From the human T2T-CHM13v2.0 reference genome, Homo sapiens: a stretch of DNA of 64,000 nucleotides. Made by a program: the position numbers and the translations under genes. Below the pieces are notes generated by a model. It ran no database searches, was not told the origin of the DNA, and worked only from the letters and a program-made list of their open reading frames with translations. The stretch lies in the NCBI RefSeq assembly GCF_009914755.1, contig NC_060927.1. One strand, 5' to 3'. This document shows positions 47,883-60,539 of this stretch, piece after piece. Every line of letters begins with the position of its first letter. The stretch's first letter is position 1.

Positions 47883-49984
47883 AAATGATGCACAAATCTT
47901 GTATTTACATATATAAGAGATGGCATATGGTAACATGTATAAGTACAAACTTTTTAGCAAAATAAAAATCCATGGAATTTACAGTGAATTTAGAATTTGG
48001 GTATCACCACTATGCTTTCATTCCTTAATTTAGTCAAAAATGGCAAACAACTTCCAGCCTTTATCTGCCCTTCAGCACATTGTTTGGGAGCTCACATAAA
48101 TATTCACATGCTGCTACATTCACATACACATATATCACATGAAGATTTGGCCTGACGTTACTGAAAACTTGCCATCTACATACTCTGTTCATTCTTCTAC
48201 ATCTACCATTTTTTTATAATCTAAAAAAACTTCTATAGTAAAAAGTTATCTTATTCATGGTAACATGTTTTGTTTTTTAATTTCCTATGTACACATTCTT
48301 TGTTCTAAGATAAACTTTTGCTTTTTTTGTTTTTCTTTGTATTGATTTCATCTCAAAAGATCTAATTTTATTCCATATATCTATACAAGAAACAAGCAGT
48401 ATCCAGTCAATTTTAATACTAAACGACTTAACGCTGGAGAAAAATCAAATAAATGCAAAAATATCAAAAGGCAAATTAAAAGATAAATTAATACGGAGTG
48501 TTTGATAATATTTAATTTGTGGACACATTTCATTGAAAAAGCAGCTTCAGTTTATTTTGAGGAAGTCACAGATCTACAAGTGTGACAAATGGTGTCCACA
48601 TGAGAACAAAGCATTCTGCCAGACTGAAAAGTAGAATACTCTCTGTTTGGTAACAGTAGCCGATTGGTTACTGGTTGAAATTGTTTCTAAATGTTCTTTC
48701 TCAATTATCTATAAAACCTACTACTTAATTTGCTACTGTGTTTGTATTAAATTTCAATGTAACTAACATTTTGAAATTCAAGTGTCTTTCTTCTCTGTTT
48801 AATAAGTGAGGCCCCTCCAAAAACAAACATCAAGGAGAATTCGCCTTTACCTTTGTAGTCCAGTGGCTGGAGAGAGTCAGTGGAGAATTACTCTGATGGT
48901 TGATTAAGCACATGTCAAAAACAACAGAAACAGGCACAACATGGTGCACACAAGAGAAAGAGGGAGACTGAAAGAAAGGAAAAAAGAAAAGTCAGCCTCG
49001 ATGAAATTATTTCAGAATATGTAGATGTTTGCTTCATTTCAAAATAAAAACTTTATTTTCTATCACATATGGTAGCATGTTAGTATGTGGTGGGGTGTGG
49101 GGAGGGGGTGCCATAATACATTGAGTGCTTGGGCCTCCAAGGCTCTTCCTTTACCCAAGATAGACAGAGTGCATCTAAATTCAGATATTATAATTTTTCT
49201 TAGAAGGCAACTAATTCACTTTATTTAGCCAGATGTTTTTCCTTTTGAAGTTATTTGAGATTATTCATATTAGAGGGAAATGATGAAATGAATTTATTCA
49301 GCAATTAAGTATTAAGTTAGATATAAAGGAGTGTTTACATAAAACTACACTTTCTGAGTTTAATTTTCATCACAAATCCATTTTTACTGATATCCTAGCT
49401 TTGGGTCTTTCTTCATTTGGGGTCTCATTGTTTCTCATCTTTATCTATTGGCATCACCTCTCTGGGTTGCCAATGTTCTTGCAACGGACTGTCACACTTT
49501 GTACTGTGCCACAAATCACTGCTTGGGAATTGGCCAGAATCTGGGATGGGAGTGAAACAGCAGGGTAAAAATATCCCAGTTGATCATGTGCCTTCTTAGC
49601 CCACAAATCTTGGTTGGTAAACCATTGCAACTCATTCGTCGTCCAATTTCCTAGGACATACTTAGTATGTAGGCTTTATTGTCACTGTTGAAAATCCATG
49701 AACTCAGACATCCTTTCTCTCCTCTGGGGACTTGCTGTCTTGCATCTTTTCTGTCTCACAACCTAGAGCGAGTACACTCTCTTTTAGCATAAGCTGTGCT
49801 ACCTCATCCTGATTCCTCTGCTGCTACAGCCACTCTCTGGCTTTCGTGCTCTAAGTCAGCAAATAGCTCTATTTTATGCTGCTCATCTGTTAAAGAGCTC
49901 TTTCCACAACTTGACTTTGATTTTGTTGACCTCTGTTAGGGAGCACATTCTATGCCCCATTGCTGTGTATTCCTGCCTCTGGAA

Positions 49985-50150
49985 TAATTCCTAATTCCTT
50001 AATCAATGTATCCAATCAACATTAATTACTAAGGACCTTTTATATGCCAAGAGGTGTGATGATGAGTGCTAAGAATAAAATAATACATATGATAGATACA
50101 CACCCTGCCCTTGTGAAGTCTTCTGTCTGGCAGAACTACTAGTGATTCTG
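49985..50150 (-). mobile_element. L2 3' end
   Basis: aatcaacatt..ttactaagg..tatatgcca..ccctgcccttgtgaag. Confidence 0.55.
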
Positions 50151-50894
50151 AGGATATCTTTATTTTCATCAGGAGATATCTTTGTTTATTTAGGACAGAA
50201 TTAAATTCTTCCTGGGAAACTGTCAAATATTGGTCTCTCTCCCAGCAAGCAAATCAAACATACATTTTTTGGTGGTTTTTTTTTGTGACACTTGCTGTAA
50301 GCAAATATTGTACATTCTTAGAATTTCAAATGTTTCTTATCGAAGTAGAGCCCTGGTACTGTATTACTATAGCAGAATTTTGAATGTAGAAACAGCATTC
50401 TGCTTCTTTATTTTCATCCACATTATTAATTCTGAATGCCTTATCCATTCTGTTCTCATATTCCCGTTTCCATACAGATCAGCAATGCATGCACCCCTGG
50501 GAGGGGTAATCAATTATGAGATAACAAGGTTAACCAGTTATCAATATCCTTGATTGATTTATTCTCACTTTTATTTTCATTGCCAACTACTACAGACTGC
50601 AGGTTTTTAGCCTAATAAACATCTCTCAAATCCATAACTTTCCTCTTCATTCTTACCTTGTCCTCAAGTTCAGGACTTAGCTGGAAGTTGTCCCTAAACT
50701 ACACTCTTTTATCCCTCACAAACATCAACCATATATTCACCAGGAAATATATGTTAAAGGAAATTCAAGCCATATTATTTCATGCATAAAATTTTTAAGT
50801 AAGTCTTATTGCTTACAGAATTAACTCCAATCTTAGTGGACTTAACATAGCTTGAGTTTCTGCCTTGTAGTCCTGACCCACTTTTCTCTCTTCT

Positions 50895-51450
50895 GGTTAA
50901 AGGCTGCTACCCAAAGACGTTGAAGAATATACCTGTAGTCAAACAAAGCTGTAGTCCTAGTACTATAGCAAAGCAAATGGTACCTCACAGAGAATAATAG
51001 GATATCTCAGTGAAAAAGTGTGAGAATAGGCTGGTTACAGCATTTGAGTTTGTGTGAGGTGAATGGGGGTGAGTTTAAGAAAGTGGGAAGTTTTCTCTGG
51101 TTTGAGTGTTGGCAGGAAGTAGGCTAAATATACAAATCGTTATCTTAATTCTCTTTCTCTTTTATTTTAAATCCGGGAGGCAGAAGCAGTGAATAGGAAC
51201 TAAAACTGTAGTTAGTTAAGAACCAACAGTCATTTATGTCAGCCAGGTAAGAAAGATGTTCAGTTTTTTAATTGAAACACTGTCCTTGTTCTTCTCTTTT
51301 CAGACATAGATACAGCGTAGTTTTGGTTTTGTTTCACTCATTCATATTAGAGAGTACCTGTCTGATACTGTTGCTGTGGGAATCACTTTCGATTAAGTAG
51401 AAGACATCATGAACTACCTGTTGTTGCCAGGTCAGCCATCAGTTAACACT
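50895..51450. mobile_element. Possible old LTR fragment
   Basis: G/T-skewed block (tctcagtgaaa..ttacagcatttg..ggcaggaagt) following L2-like sequence; family not recognised. Confidence 0.3.
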
Positions 51451-51477
51451 GGCTGAGGATGCTTTCTTTTTCTGCAT

Positions 51478-52900
51478 AAATAATTTGGAACTATTATGCA
51501 TGGGAATTTTTTCACTTCTCCTTTACTTATTTATTTATTCAACCATTTATGTCAGTATAGACTTATGATTATTTGTTTTGTAAGTTGGATTATAATACTA
51601 TACTACTTTATTAATTCTATTTGTTTTGTTTTCCAAATTGTTTTCCAGCTTTGGCCATTGAGAGGTCTTTTCAATTGGCTCCTGTGCCCCTTTGACATTC
51701 CCCAAGGAGTGTTTTCATTTGTTTGTTTCATTACTGAGCATGTCCTCACTTTCTGGTGCCTCAGGATGCTCTATGTTCACCTTATATATTTTCTGCACCA
51801 GGAAAATATATTACTTAGAACCAGCTATTTATCCAAGAAGGCTAGTTTCTTTTCATTAGAGAATAATATTAGAAACCAATATCTGTGCTCTGTCCTACTG
51901 GGTAGCAGGTATTTTCAGTTGACAGAACAAGGAAACACATGTGCCTATAGACTATGTGTGTGTGTGTTTGTGTGTGTGTGTATAGGATGTAACTACACAT
52001 ATATATATATATGATGTGACTACATGTGTATATATGTTACACTAAACATGAGTTTATGCTGATGTCTTAGATTCTAACCCATTACTACATCATTCATTCT
52101 AAATTCCTCCCTTCCTTATCTGTAAATTTGCACTCCAAGGGTAAGAAATCTAGCCGCCGTCATCTGCCATACGTTTCCTCAACTTTTCACTTCCAATGTA
52201 AATGAACAGCAGTATCAAAATTGTGAACCCACACGCTCACAGGAAACAACTTTAGTTACAAGAATACAGCTTTATGTGCATTTTCTTTTACTATTGGTCC
52301 ACTCATTTCCAGACTCCACATATTTCCGCAGTTACTTAGGTCAATACTTTTTTCTCCCACTCCTTTTACTGAGCTGGTTTCATATGTTTGTAATAAAGTT
52401 TCTTCTTTTGTCACAGTTTACATTCCTTCTTTGGTCTCCCACCTTTCTAAATGATTTCTTTTTTAGTTTGCGTATATTAAAGTCTACTCTGTGTTGTAAC
52501 CATCTATGAAGTTTGACAAATCTATAATGTCTTGTATCCACCATTACAGTATCACATAGAATAGTTTCTCTGCCTTCAAAATCCCCTTTGTTTCATAAAT
52601 TCAACCTTCATCTTTCCCTCAACACTCGGTAACCATGAATTTTTGAATTGTGTATATAGTTTTGCCTTTCCCAGAATGTTATATAATTGAAATCATACAG
52701 TATGTAACTTTTCACACTGGCTTAGTGCACTTAGCAATATTGACTTAAGGGTTCTCTGTCTTTTCATTGCTTTATAGCTCATTTATTTTTATTATAAATA
52801 ACATTCCATTGTATAAATGAACCACAGTTCATTTTATCCATTCACCTTTTAGGACACTTTGGTTGTCAACAGTGTTTTGCAACTATGAATATAGCTGTTA
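51478..52900 (-). mobile_element. L1M (MC/MD-like) 3'UTR with (TG)/(TA) tract at 51955-52035
   Basis: ttccagctttggccattg, gtatccaccattacagtatcacatagaatagtt, gaaatcatacagtatgta, tttatccattcacc. Confidence 0.8.
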
Positions 52901-52913
52901 TCTTACTCTTTTT

Positions 52914-52971
52914 TAAAATGCACTTTAGGTGTACTCATTCCTTAGGTTGAGTACACCTAAAGTGCATTTTA
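52914..52971. repeat. Perfect inverted repeat, 24-bp arms and 10-nt loop
   Basis: taaaatgcactttaggtgtactca-ttccttaggt-tgagtacacctaaagtgcatttta. Confidence 0.97.
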
Positions 52972-53217
52972 GATATACTAATCATCTCTGTTTCTGTAAT
53001 GTCATTATCATTAAAAACATCTCATTGTGTTATATTTATATGCTTATAATTCTTTTTTTCTTGCAGTCAACTGTAAATCTCTTAAGGACTTAGACCATGT
53101 CTAATACATCTTTGTATTCCTGGTTCCTAAACTGGATTTCAGAGATTATTTTTAGCTGAATGAATTTGCCAGGCAGTGTATGCAACAATTTATATTTCTT
53201 GTGCATCATATCATTTA

Positions 53218-53235
53218 ACACCACACACACACACA

Positions 53236-53267
<32 letters not shown>
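53218..53267. repeat. (CA)n microsatellite
   Basis: About 23 CA units with one GA interruption. Confidence 0.95.
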
Positions 53268-53268
<1 letters not shown>

Positions 53269-53571
53269 TCACAAGTAGGTTAAATGAATCACCCCAAATA
53301 AAGAACGTGAAATTCAAAATACTTTTCTTTAATGATTACCATATTCTGAGTTTTACCTATGAGGCTACTTTGGTAAACTTAGTCTAGTAGTTAAAAGAAA
53401 ATTATATAAGTAAGGATTTAAAACTGTTGGAAAAAACTACTTTAGTCTCTATCTGTATTATTTGAAATAATATAAAACAAACTCATTAATATTAATGGAA
53501 TCAGAAATTTTCTCTATTTAAAAAATAGTTATTCTTTTGCCTTATTTTTATCCTTAAAAATAATCTTTTTT

Positions 53572-53868
53572 GGCTGGGTGCGGTGGCTCATGCCTGTAAT
53601 CCCAGCACTTTGGGAGGCCGAGGCAGGCAGATCAGGAGGTCAGGAGATGGAGACCATCCTGGCTAACATGGTGAAACCCCGTCTCTACTAAAAATACAAA
53701 AAAATTAGCCGGGCATGGTGGCGGGTGCCTGTAGTCCCAGCTACTCAAGAGGCTGAGGCAGAAGTATGGCATGAACCCGGGAAGCAGAGCTTTCAGTGGG
53801 CCAAGATCGCGCCACTGCAATCCAGCCTGGGTGACAGAGCGAGACTCTGTCTCAAAAAAAAAAAAAAA
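53572..53868 (+). mobile_element. AluY
   Basis: gagaccatcctggctaaca, ggcatgaacccgg, A tail; TSD aatctttttt (53562-53571 / 54210-54219). Confidence 0.95.
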
Positions 53869-54208
53869 GTATATATATATACACACACACACACATACAT
53901 ACATATATATGTACACACATATATATACACATATGTATGTATATATATACACATATATGTGTATATACACACACATATATGTATACACATATATATGTGA
54001 TATATATGTGTATATATCACATATATATGTGTGTATATACATATATATGTATATACACACATGTGTGTGTATATACACATATATATGTATATACACACAT
54101 ATGTGTGTGTATATACACACATATGTGTGTGTATATATACATATATATGTATATACACATATATATGTGTGTGTGTATATATATATATACACACACACAT
54201 ATATGTAT
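53869..54208. repeat. 340-bp compound (TA)/(CA)/(TG) microsatellite
   Basis: Almost continuous purine-pyrimidine alternation. Confidence 0.97.
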
Positions 54209-54581
54209 AAATCTTTTTTGATTGGGTGTTTTGTGCCAAAGAATATTAATGCAGTAGACAGTTGTGAAATATTTTCAGAATAAACAAAAATGCAATTCTC
54301 TGCTTTTAGTTTAGTTCCGTTAAAATTACAACTCATCTGAAAGATGATAAACTATGTGCTACTTTTAAAGTCCCAAATATAAAGAGTCAAATCAATAATT
54401 CATTTCTCTATGAAAGAAGAGACATATTCAACATTTTAAAGAAATTTTCTAAATTACCAAGACACACTTAAAGTAGAGTGATTTATATAATTCTTTGTAT
54501 ATCAAGTTCTTGTGTTTTACTGAGAACATTTAAAATTAGTTTTATACATTTTATTAGCAATGGAAAGATACAACATTAGCT

Positions 54582-55430
54582 ATAGCCAATTCTCATTATT
54601 TGTGGTAGTTATGTTCTATAAAGTAGCTATAAACACTGAATTAGGAAACATTGACCCTTTGCTCCTAGAAGAAATACAGGGTTAGGTTCCTGCAAACCTG
54701 TAGTCATATTTTCATCAACCAATCAACACATAACCTTTGTTATGTGTGTTTCTGCTTGATGTCTTATTTACTGTATATTGTTGATTCATTAACATTGGCT
54801 TAGAGTTAACAGCACTTAAATCATCCCTAAATGAAATCTATCTAATACATATATTTTGTCAATAGGGCACATTACAGCTTTCTTGTCCTTAGGAACTGTA
54901 TTAGTCCGTTTCATGCTGCTGATAAAGACATACTAGAGGCTGAACAGTTTAAAAAAAAAAAAAAGAGGTTTAATTGGAGTTACAATTCCATGTGGTTGGG
55001 AAAGCCTCACAATTATGGTGGAAGGCAAGGAGGAGCAAGTCACATGTTACGTGGATGACAGCAGGCAAAAAGAGAAAGAGAGCTTGTCCAGGGGAACTTC
55101 TCTATTTAAAACCATTAGATCTCACGAGACTTATTCATTATGATGAGAATAACACAGGAAAGACTTGACCCCATGATTAAATTACGTCCCACTGGATTTC
55201 TCGCACAACACGTGGGAATTCAAGATAAGATATGGATAGGGACACAGCCAAACCATATCAGGAACACTAAACAATTCTTTAGCACTATGCTTGGGGGCCA
55301 GTTTATACAGCGAAATCAGCAACAGAAAGCATGCATACACACACAAACCAGAAAAAGTTTTAGCTGATGTGCTTGTTTATAACACATCAGCTGAAACAAG
55401 AAGGCAGAGCAGTTCCATTTTGGCCTCACT
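54582..55430 (+). mobile_element. MER82 (TcMar-Tigger) split by THE1
   Basis: attctcattatttgtggtagttatgttctataaagt..aacactgaattag..gaaatacagggttaggttcctgc. Confidence 0.8.
54897..55260 (-). mobile_element. THE1 solo LTR
   Basis: tgtattagtcc...cagccaaaccatatca with perfect 5-bp TSD ggaac. Confidence 0.95.
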
Positions 55431-56013
55431 TTTTTCTTACAGCAACTCTGTGTGGTTGATTATTATTTTCCTAATTTTACAAATAAGGATGCTGAAGTTT
55501 CATGAGGAACAAGAAGGAAAGTTTCCAGGAAGAAGGTGAGGTTAATGTAAAATTTAGATTTAAATGCTGAATTAGAATGAAAAAGGGAAAGTGAACTTTT
55601 TAAAGCTGACTAATGGAAGGAAGGTTTGTTCAGAGCAGTACTTAGTCTACAGCTTATTATCTCTCAATATTGGGAAACTGCCTTCTGAGAACTCTACCAA
55701 ATGACTGTCAAATTATGAAGTTTCCAGCATGGTTAACAGATACAAGCACTGTTTCCTTCTTGAGGGCAGGGAAATAACCATTTCAGGTAATTGGAGAGAA
55801 CATTACTTGAAGAGCTGGGAATATTAAGCTTTAGACTAGGGACCATATGAAATCCACCTAACATATCACAAAAGCAAGACCTAAAAGGATCAAGGTGTGC
55901 TCCAAATAACTACATGCTAGAATAAATTTCAATAATATTTACAAGAATACAAAAATATCCAGCACTTCAAATATAAAACTCCCAATTGCTGGTATCAATC
56001 AAAGACTAACAGG

Positions 56014-56376
56014 TGTATTAGTCTGTTCTCACACTGCTATAAAGATACTACCCAAGACTGGATAATTTATAAACAAATGAGATTTAATTGATTCACAGTT
56101 CCACATGGCTGGGGAGGCATCAGGAAACTTACAATAATGGTGGAAGGGGAAGCAGGCAACTTCTTCACAGGGGGCAGGAGACAGTGTGTGTGAGAAGGAG
56201 CAAGTGCCACACTTTAAAAGCATCAGCTCTCATGAGAACTCCATCACTATCCTGAGAACAGCATGGGGGAAACTGCCTCCATGGTCCAATCACCTCCCAC
56301 CTAATCCCTCCTCTGATATACGGGGATTACAATTTGAGATGAGATTTGTGTGGTGACATAGAGCCAAACCATATCA
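56014..56376 (-). mobile_element. THE1D/MSTA-like solo LTR
   Basis: tgtattagtctgttctcacactgctataaag...gagccaaaccatatca; TSD acagg/ccagg; flanks resemble an old L1M 5' region. Confidence 0.9.
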
Positions 56377-56572
56377 CCAGGAACACAAAAAAGCAGGAAA
56401 ATATAACTTATAGTGAGAAAAATAATGAATCACTTGACACCCACCCCAAACAAGTACAGATGTCAGAATTAGCAGACAATGACATTAAGACAATTTTTAC
56501 TGCAGCTATATAAACTACAGAAGTAACGTGGGGTTAATTGACCTTAAAAGATGATTATTAAAGAAATAAGTA

Positions 56573-56872
56573 GGCCAGACATGGTGGCTCGTGTCTGTAA
56601 TCCCAGCACTTTGGGAGGCCGAGGTGGATTGATCTCGACGTCAGGAGTTCGAGACCAGCCTAGCTAATATGGTAAAACCCCGTCTCTACTAAAAATACAA
56701 AAATTAGCTGGACATGGTGGTGCATGCCTCTAATCCCAGCTACTCAGGAGTCTGAGGCAGGAGAATCGCTTGAGCCACAAGGCAGAGGTTGTAGTGAGCC
56801 AAGATCATGCCACTGTACTCTAGCCTGGGCAACAGAGTGAGACTCCGTCTAAAAAATAATAAAATAAAAAAT
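56573..56872 (+). mobile_element. AluS (Sg/Sx-like)
   Basis: Full dimer, gtcaggagttcgagaccagcc, A-rich tail. Confidence 0.93.
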
Positions 56873-57004
56873 GAGTAATTAGTTCTTGGACCAGAACCCT
56901 CATATTAGAAAATAACATGATCAGATAGATTAAAAGAAGGGAAAATTAAAAGAAATTCTTACAGGATTGTGTTGAAAAGAGGAAATCATTATTGTAGAAA
57001 TAGT

Positions 57005-57160
57005 GTCAGGTTTGTAGTCGCTCCAAATGAGTTTCAGTCTTTACTCTGCCATTTACTATTTATATGACTTTAGAAAAAATATCAATTACTGTGAGTGTCA
57101 GTTTTCTTATCTGTAACAAAGGAATAATAATAATAACTCACACTGGTATAAATATGTAGT
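57005..57160 (+). mobile_element. MIR fragment
   Basis: ctctgccatttacta..tgacttt..tcagttttcttatctgtaa..ataataata. Confidence 0.7.
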
Positions 57161-58177
57161 AAAACCAATAATATACTTCATATATATGAATATATACACA
57201 TACCTTTATACTTATGGACTTCACTTATACACATATGCGCAAACACATATAAGTGTATTCTCATGACAGTTTAAAGTGTGACTTGGCCATAACATAGTAA
57301 ATGAGTTTACATGGGCAGAAGTCATAAAATTCTGATAAAACAGAGCATAACTTTTTTCATCGGCATTGAAAGGTCCATTATTTTAGGTGTGTTTTTTAGA
57401 TTATATTATTAAGGAACAAAATTATTTTGTAGTATTGTTCAGGACATGTGATGGACACGAAGGCTTTAAAAATAAGGGGAGACTAGAGACAATGTTCAAC
57501 CTTCAGCTTACAAATAAGAATGGGTTCAGGGAAGCCAACATAATTACCCACGTTAGAAAAAGAGCTCTTCTAACCCCGACAGGTTGTCAGGATTACAACA
57601 ATAAAGAAAACTTTTTTAAAAATGTTAATAACTGGGGAAAGAAAAAAATGTAACTTTTTAATTTTAGCAGTGAGGTCACAGGGGGTCAATCAGAATCTAA
57701 GACATATGATTAAAAAGACCAAAAATGTAACTGTGCAAGTTTGGATTATTCATTTCTGCTATCAACTCAGTTTTTGAATTCTAAAGCAACCTAGGAAAGA
57801 GCTTAGCTCTTGCAGTGGGTGGTGGGGCAGAGTTACAGACCTTATTTGGTACTCTCATTGCACTATTTATAATTCTGTACAAAAACAGACATTTTTACAG
57901 CATGATTTTGTAGTTGTCCTATCTCTAGGGGATGTGTAAAAACAAAATAACAAGCATTTTTGTTAGGTTAGACTTGATATGTAAATTTATGACTAAGATA
58001 GATCGATATTTTCTTCAGACTAGTGATTTTTTTTCTCTTCATAATATAAAAATAATTTTAATGAGATAACAGAAACAAAGTTTAGTTAAGAGGCATAAAA
58101 TTTGTAGACATGTCAGAATTTCCTGATAAATTTGGATTTTCAGCCTACTTACAGCTGTGATTAAATAACAAAATTCA

Positions 58178-58467
58178 GGCTGGGCGTGGTGGCTCACGCC
58201 TGTAATCCCAGCACTGTGGGAGGCCGAGGCGGGTGGATCAAGAGGTCAGGAGATCGAGACCATCGAGACCATCCTGGCTAACACAGTGAAACCTCATCTC
58301 TACTAAAAATACAAAAAATTAGCTGGGCATGGTGGCAGGCGCAATATTCCGAGCTACTCGGGAGGCTGAGGCAGGAGAATGGCATGAACCCGGGGAGGTG
58401 GAGTTTGCAGTGAGCCGAGATCACGCCACTGCACTCCAGCCTGGGCGACAGAGCGAGACTCTCGTCT

Positions 58468-58498
<31 letters not shown>
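58178..58498 (+). mobile_element. AluY with internal 9-bp duplication and ~30-nt pure A tail
   Basis: atcgagacc x2 (58253-58270); ggagaatggcatgaaccc; TSD aaaattca. Confidence 0.95.
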
Positions 58499-58500
<2 letters not shown>

Positions 58501-58827
58501 CAAAGATATATCTAGAACATACTATCACAAAATAAATAATTCTACATGCTGCTACACTTTGATAGAGTGTTGGTTAATTTTAAAAACATTAGTTTTTATT
58601 ATACAAGTTCCCATCCTCCCCCTTTCATTTGGATAAAGGAATTCCAACAAGAGAGTCGAAATTGAGAGCAAATACCTTTGCCATATTTTGGATCTTATTA
58701 ATGATGCTACTTGGGGGGGAAATCTGCATCCTGTAGCTTGACTTTTCATGCTGATTTTGACTTGTTAGATTTAAGTAAAATGACATATCATAGGTTAATA
58801 TGAAGTAATAAAATAAAAGCTTAGCTT

Positions 58828-59472
58828 AAGATTTTGTAATCTTCATCAGTGGATCTGTTCTGAGGTGCTAAAGGATTTTCTATAAGGATTTACTTATTTA
58901 TTTTTGTTTTTACTTTTACAGCAATATAAAAGGACATTGGAAGCATTCTGAATCCTCAAGATGAGCACTTTGCAAGTGAGTTCTGTTAACTGATTTTATA
59001 GCTGTATTTGTGATTATCTTTCTTGCTTCTGTATTGGGGCTAAAGAACTACTAAAATGGCATTAGGATTTAATGTGTTGCTTCTCAAACTGGGATCTTTA
59101 GATATCTGAGGATCTATTGAGATATTTTTGGGAATCAGTGAGTTCTCGCTTTACTACTACTACTACTACTACAACACACACACACATACGCACACACACA
59201 CACACACACAGGAGTTTCCTTTAGTTACTTTATAAAAAATGGATGTTGAAACACTATTGATTCTTGGATCCTGTTAAACATGCTTCTACTTCTTCCTCTC
59301 CTAACTTGTGAACATCCACTCAGGGGAAAAAAAGCAAAATGTACCATATGATGGGCAGGAAGGCTGGCAAGAATCTTGTAATCTCTCTTCATCAATGGAT
59401 CTGTTCTGAGGTGCATCAGAATTTTCTATAAGGATTTACTTATTTATCTTTCCTTTTACTTTTAGAGCATAT
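58828..59472 (+). repeat. Dispersed direct repeat of about 100 bp (58828-58928 and 59369-59472)
   Basis: tcttcatcaRtggatctgttctgaggtgc..attttctataaggatttacttattta..ttttactttta in both copies. Confidence 0.92.
59152..59210. repeat. Compound (TAC)7-(CA)n microsatellite
   Basis: tactactac...acacacac. Confidence 0.9.
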
Positions 59473-60525
59473 TGTTGGCAAAAAACTCGGCTGGCAAGAA
59501 ACTCACAAAATTATTTTCAAAATGTAAAGTTTCATGATAACAAATCATTCATTTTTATTAAAATGAATAGTGAAAAGGCAATGATGACGTTTTGCATGGA
59601 TAAAATAGTAAGAAGCAATTTCAACAAATAAAGGGTAAAGCAATGACACAAGTAAGATTTATGAGTTCAAAGCTCATGCTTATTTCACTTGGTTTGTGAA
59701 ATATGCATAGCGCTTCTCAACTACAGCTTTTCATCTCTTGAAGTGCCTTACTTATAATGCTTTTTAGTCATTGTATGACACATAATGAATATGAGTTGCA
59801 CATCTTACTTCAAAATAATACACTATACCTTACTATGAATAATCCAAATACCTAGAATAAAAAATCATAACTTAATAGTGTCTCCAAATATATTTAGTTC
59901 CATGGTGAATCTAAACATTAAGTGAAAATAGCATATATATATTCTAATTTTGCTCAAAATATGTTAATTTTGCACAAATCCTTGAAACTGATTGCCTTTG
60001 ACCCACCCCACCCCCAAATCCCTCTGCTGTACATAACTCTTCTGGGTGATAATGAGGTGCAGGAGAGCAATTTTAGCAAGAGTCTGATAATGTTGCTCTG
60101 ATACCACACTAATTGGTACAGATCATAAGGACATTATATTTTTGTGATCTACCCCTCTCAGTTTCCTTCTAACCATTAGTGTCAGTGGGTAGAACTGGCT
60201 ATACATGATGAACATACAGCTATATAATTAGTTATCCACACTGACCTTGATAACTGTGACTGAGAAAAAAAACAAATTGTGCCATACCAGGAGACTCTTT
60301 GGCATATAAGCTGAACCTAGCCCCTTAACCCTTTTATAAATAATTCAAATTAATACCTTCTTATCCTCATTCTTTTTCTGTGGTTCAGTTCAACTCAGAC
60401 TTCTCTCTAGATTTTCCCCCATGTTAGGGGTAGATTATCACTAAATACTCTTATCTCTAAATACTGCTTATTTAATTTCCATGTGTTTTTTTTTCATAAT
60501 AAAAGCATTATATGGTGGGAATCCT

Positions 60526-60539
60526 ATTGCCATGGCAAC
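60526..60539. promoter_or_regulatory. RFX X-box-like palindrome
   Basis: attgccatggcaac, 13/14 match to GTTGCCATGGCAAC, in apparently unique sequence. Confidence 0.5.

Noticed and set aside
51496-52014. 172-aa hydrophobic ORF
   Set aside because: Lies within an antisense L1M 3'UTR and a TG repeat; the T-rich composition explains the hydrophobicity.
53632-54336. ORFs of 91-234 aa rich in Y/I/H/T/C/V
   Set aside because: Translation of a stop-free dinucleotide microsatellite plus Alu sequence.
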